Source: Pelomyxa schiedti (Eukaryota; Protista; Evosea). From it: 64,000 nucleotides of DNA. The notes under the pieces are model-generated. The model was not told the DNA's origin. It saw only the letters and a list, made by a program, of their open reading frames with translations, and did no database searches. The DNA is taken from assembly GCA_020536535.1 (NCBI GenBank), contig JAHLWZ010000191.1:21975-85974 (forward strand), given 5' to 3'. The first letter of the stretch is position 1; each line of letters starts with the position of its first letter. Both the position numbers and the translations under genes were made by a program. Positions 60,386-64,000 of the stretch are shown here, one piece after another.

Positions 60386-63300
60386 TTAAAAGGAAGAAAT
60401 GTTACGGCATATGGCGCACCCAAGGGCGAATTCCTCTCCATTTGGTGGGTGTTTGAGCCTGAAGGTAAGTTGAGTGGCAAAGGAAAAGGGTTGTTTGTTT
60501 GGGAGTAGGACATACTTGAGGGGACAAAGTGCTGGCCCAGGGCACTTGGGTAGGGCTGAACGTGGTTTACGGTTGAGGTAGTCACCAGCACATTGCTTCT
60601 TGTGACAATCAGCACAGAAATGGCCCAGTGCTGCACCTTGTGAAAAAAGAAACTTGAGTGGGTTTACGCACATCCACAAAACCAGGCTGAAGTCCCACAG
60701 CAGTACTGGAAAATGCATTTCGTAAGAAACACAAATGAAAAGTTACAAATATTACCCGACATTTCCACTCGCTAACAAGTAGTTAAAACAATGGTAAGCT
60801 ATATAATTGGAGTAAGTAAAGGCAATACCAAAATTCGGAACCATGTTTGGGGCAGGTTGTCTTTGCTTCAACACCTGAGCACGCTCCGCAAATCAAATCA
60901 GCCCTGCTGGTTGTTACAAAGCAAATAATGGTATATTCAAATACTCTTGGAACTCCGCTGCTTCAAGGCCCTGTTGACACTGCCGCATTCCAGTAAAGTA
61001 GGGCTTCTTTGGCGCCCTTCAGTTTTAAAAGTAAAAGGGGTGGGTCTAACCTGGCAAGAGGAGCACAAACTGTAGGAATAGCGGTGGACAGCATATTCCA
61101 TGGGTTTGTTGTACCACTGTGAAGATTTGGAAGTGATCTCCGAGGAGTGTGCCAGTCCTTCATATTCCAACCGTTGTACAGCTTTGGCTTGCACTTGTTC
61201 TTGTAATGAAACCAGAGGAGTAAGCTGGGCACTGAGGGAGGGATGGGATATGCTGGCTTTGCACAATGGACAAGCTAAGAAGGCAAACGTGATGTCACGG
61301 CCTAAGTGGCTGTCACAAAGGAACCAAAGCCTATTGTAAGGTAACCTGTCCATCTTTGCGCAATTCGTGTCAAAACACATTGATAATGAAAGATGTGGCC
61401 ACACTTCAGTTGTATACAAGGCGCAGCACTATGGTGAAGGCCGGTCAACTTATAGTGTATGGAAGTACCAGGTTACCTCAATCCTTCAACCCAGCCTTCA
61501 GGTCAAATGCAAAGAGGAGGAATAAGGGAAAAATAAAAGAAAGGTAGGAGTAGTACATATGTTGCAGTAATCATCTTTACTCTTCAGTATGGTAAGATAG
61601 CGGTAAAAAAAGGCAATAAATACCACTTGACTCAAGTTTCCTTCACATCCTTCCTCCAGGCATGTCAAACATAGTGCTTCATCAGATATCCCACGGCAAA
61701 GATGTCCACATGGAAGAAGTTCTGAAAAAGGTGATTTACTGTTAAGTAGAGCTCATATACTTTTGCAGCTGAGTTTCAATTTGTTTGTACACTCCTTTTC
61801 GTTACATGTTTCAAAAGGTGCAAAATCTTGAAATCTGTGCTGTGAGGGTAATTGGTACATAGATTGAGAGTATTTATTGTTTGTGCTTACGCCTCCAACA
61901 ATATCCTCTGCTGGCAGGGCTGAATCACAAAATCTGCAGTGTCTGGAGTTGAGAAATTGTTCAAATTTTTCGCAAGTGAACCCCTCATGATATGGGATCT
62001 GGGAAGATGTGATTTCCTTTCGAAATTTTGGTAAAATTACTCTTCGGCATCCGGCACAGAACTCAGTGCTACATCCATAACAGCGGAATCTGTACTTATT
62101 TTTGTGCATCTCTTCTGGTGTCTAAAATCGAGGTGAATACAAAGAAAGGAGGAGAACGACCCACAATGTTTTCTGGCATGGTTTTTGGAGTAATGCGCTC
62201 TAGAACGTAGGAACACTTCGGATTTGCACATTTGAATATGTCAGCGTCTTTAGAGGAAGTCAGGACACTCTGAAGCGACTCACTGATGTAACTCTCAAAT
62301 TCATCAGGTGGCAGTATTCTCTTTGAAAAATTATTGATTTTTATCTTAACACGTTATTGAATACTTTAATGATCCAATGAGGGAGTGGCTCTGTACACCC
62401 AGGACATTTCAGTACTCCTCCATTTTTATTTGTACTGACATGTTTTGCTGCACAGGAGGGGCAGATGTTGTGTCCACAGTCCTGTGAAACTTGACTAGCA
62501 AAAAAACCTGAACAGGATAAAAACCATGGCATATATTTCCTCAGGGCTGCACTTTGTGTGACATAGAAAGCAGGTTCCAAATTGTTCAAGAAAATCAAAA
62601 AGCAACCTAGAATTGTTTAAAAAATTTACAGTGCCTATTTAACGTAAACCTTTCATCAGCACTACTCATTTCAGTGGGTGACCTAGGTGTTGAAGTTGAA
62701 GTTGAGGTAGATGCAGACGTAGTGGTTGGAGGTGCAGAGGTTGAGGAGGCTGAGGTTGAGGTTGAGGTTGAGGTTGAGGTTGAGGTTGAGGTTGAGGTTG
62801 AGAGACTTGACGGTTGATGAGAGGTGATTGTCTCCTTGTGCTTATCTGCTCGAGATTCATGAAGGTGTGTGGGTACAGAAGGGAGCTGCAACAATGAATC
62901 CACGTTTGTTTGAGAGCGTGGAGCGGGGATAGAAGCTGCAGTTTNNNNNNNNNNNNNNNNNNNNNNNNNNNNNNNNNNNNNNNNNNNNNNNNNNNNNNNN
63001 NNNNNNNNNNNNNNNNNNNNNNNNNNNNNNNNNNNNNNNNNNNNGTGATTGTCTCCTTGTGCTTATCTGCTCGAGATTCATGAAGGTGTGTGGGTACAGA
63101 AGGGAGCTGCAACAATGAATCCACGTTTGTTTGAGAGCGTGGAGCGGGGATAGAAGCTGCAGTTTCAACACTGGCACTTCTTAACCCCACAGTATTTGGT
63201 GGACCAGAAGGTGTCAATGTACTCACAACAACAGTGGGCGTGGCGGGATCAACAGAGGTATCGGAATCGTCTTCAACAACCACAAAGTCGTTGTCTAAAT

Positions 63301-63958
63301 CATAAGATTTCTAGAAAGTGGTTGGTTCAAGTGCTAAGAAACCAAATGGAAAAGAAAGCGTGAGATACCATAAGAATTGTATATCGAATATGTAGAAAAG
63401 GTGGTCCGGGCTGGTGCAGTAGAGACACCCATTCATCATGTTGCTTGAGAAGGCTTATTGAAGTTGGGGATATGTAAAATTGATACTTGATTTTCTGGAA
63501 CAGAATCCAAGTGCAAGGTGAAACTACCTAAAAGTTCGTTTGACAGGAACCTTCTCTTGTTCCACAGAAACACTTCCAGGTCTCCAGTTTTCGAGTTCAG
63601 GGAACTAGAAATTTAATGGTGTGCCAAGCCGGTCAATAACAGAAAGACAGCAAGTCAGTACATATTACAAGGTGAAAGAATCCCCCCAGTGAGGGTTCCT
63701 CGCCTTCAACGGTTTCGTCACTCTGTGCTCATCCATACACGTGACAACACAAAAGCAATTGCAGTCATCTGTGCCATCGACGTAAAAAAAAGGAGGAGTG
63801 GGGAAAAAAAAGAAAATGCGAAGGGAGCAGGACAATCACATACTGTTGAGACCTACCGCTTGCACAACTACACCCATAAAGCAGAATCAACCGTTAATTA
63901 AAAACCAAAGATCCAAGCCTCACAAACCAGTCACTACCAGCCTGAGCGTCACCGGCAT
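60386..63958 (-). CDS. E3 ubiquitin ligase: C2 - S/T linker - RING - IBR - MYCBP2-type RING-Cys-Relay domain
   Basis: C2: FCVVTC..NPHWGDSF..LEVFLWNKRRFLSNELLGSFTL. RING: CFLC..CGHNICPSC..CPGC. IBR: CANPKC..CYGC..FCAGC..HEGFTC. RCR: CIQLKCGHIFHYQC..ITFAFLACPLC..RLEYEGL..EWKCR|YCC..HFCADCH..HPPNGEEFALGCAICRN*. Start approximate. Confidence 0.85.
62824..63165. other. Assembly artefact: 121-bp sequence duplicated on both sides of a 100-N gap
   Basis: 62824-62944 is identical to 63045-63165; collapsing the two copies restores one open frame in the E3 gene. Confidence 0.85.
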
Positions 63959-64000
63959 TTTTCGTTTTTACGGCCGTCCTTTGGCTTCTGGAAGCGATAA

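Noticed and set aside
62824-63165. 121-bp direct repeat as a real duplication or mobile-element footprint
   Set aside because: Exact copies flank a fixed-size 100-N gap; this is an unmerged contig overlap.
1-64000. CRISPR arrays, transposases, rRNA, prokaryotic operons
   Set aside because: None seen; all repeats are microsatellites or low-complexity coding tracts.

Overview
Gene-dense, intron-rich eukaryotic DNA with many short (~30-90 nt) GT-AG introns, frequent AAG acceptors, S/T/Q/P low-complexity exons and very short intergenic spacers. The enzyme set (flavodiiron protein, nitroreductase, clostridial-type FMN hydroxy-acid dehydrogenase) suggests an anaerobic protist, plausibly an archamoeba such as Pelomyxa (inference only). 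About 23 protein genes were assembled by hand from exons: DNA ligase III-like, CBM20 protein, RRM+SPOC protein, nitroreductase, calcineurin A-like, GH65 glucosidase, acetyl-CoA synthetase, dysbindin-like, TXNDC17, Q-rich/C2 protein, propeller+EGF protein, two TKL kinases, separase, a flavodiiron fusion, WDR4/Trm82, an orphan E2-type acyltransferase, SAM decarboxylase, a tail-anchored Q/P-rich protein, tetraspanin, homocysteine S-methyltransferase, aldo-keto reductase, nucleoplasmin-FKBP, and a C2-RING-IBR-RCR E3 ligase. There is also tRNA-Arg(CCG) and two 100-N assembly gaps. The top finding is an apparent three-module fusion of flavodiiron protein, short rubredoxin and FMN alpha-hydroxy-acid dehydrogenase (37740-40955), a candidate self-contained O2/NO-scavenging enzyme whose fusion depends on a CAG|TAAG| tandem acceptor. 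Also notable are a candidate non-AUG/intron-switched uORF upstream of SAMDC and a hybrid RING1-IBR plus MYCBP2-type RING-Cys-Relay ligase. Exon boundaries are manual predictions and no database searches were run.
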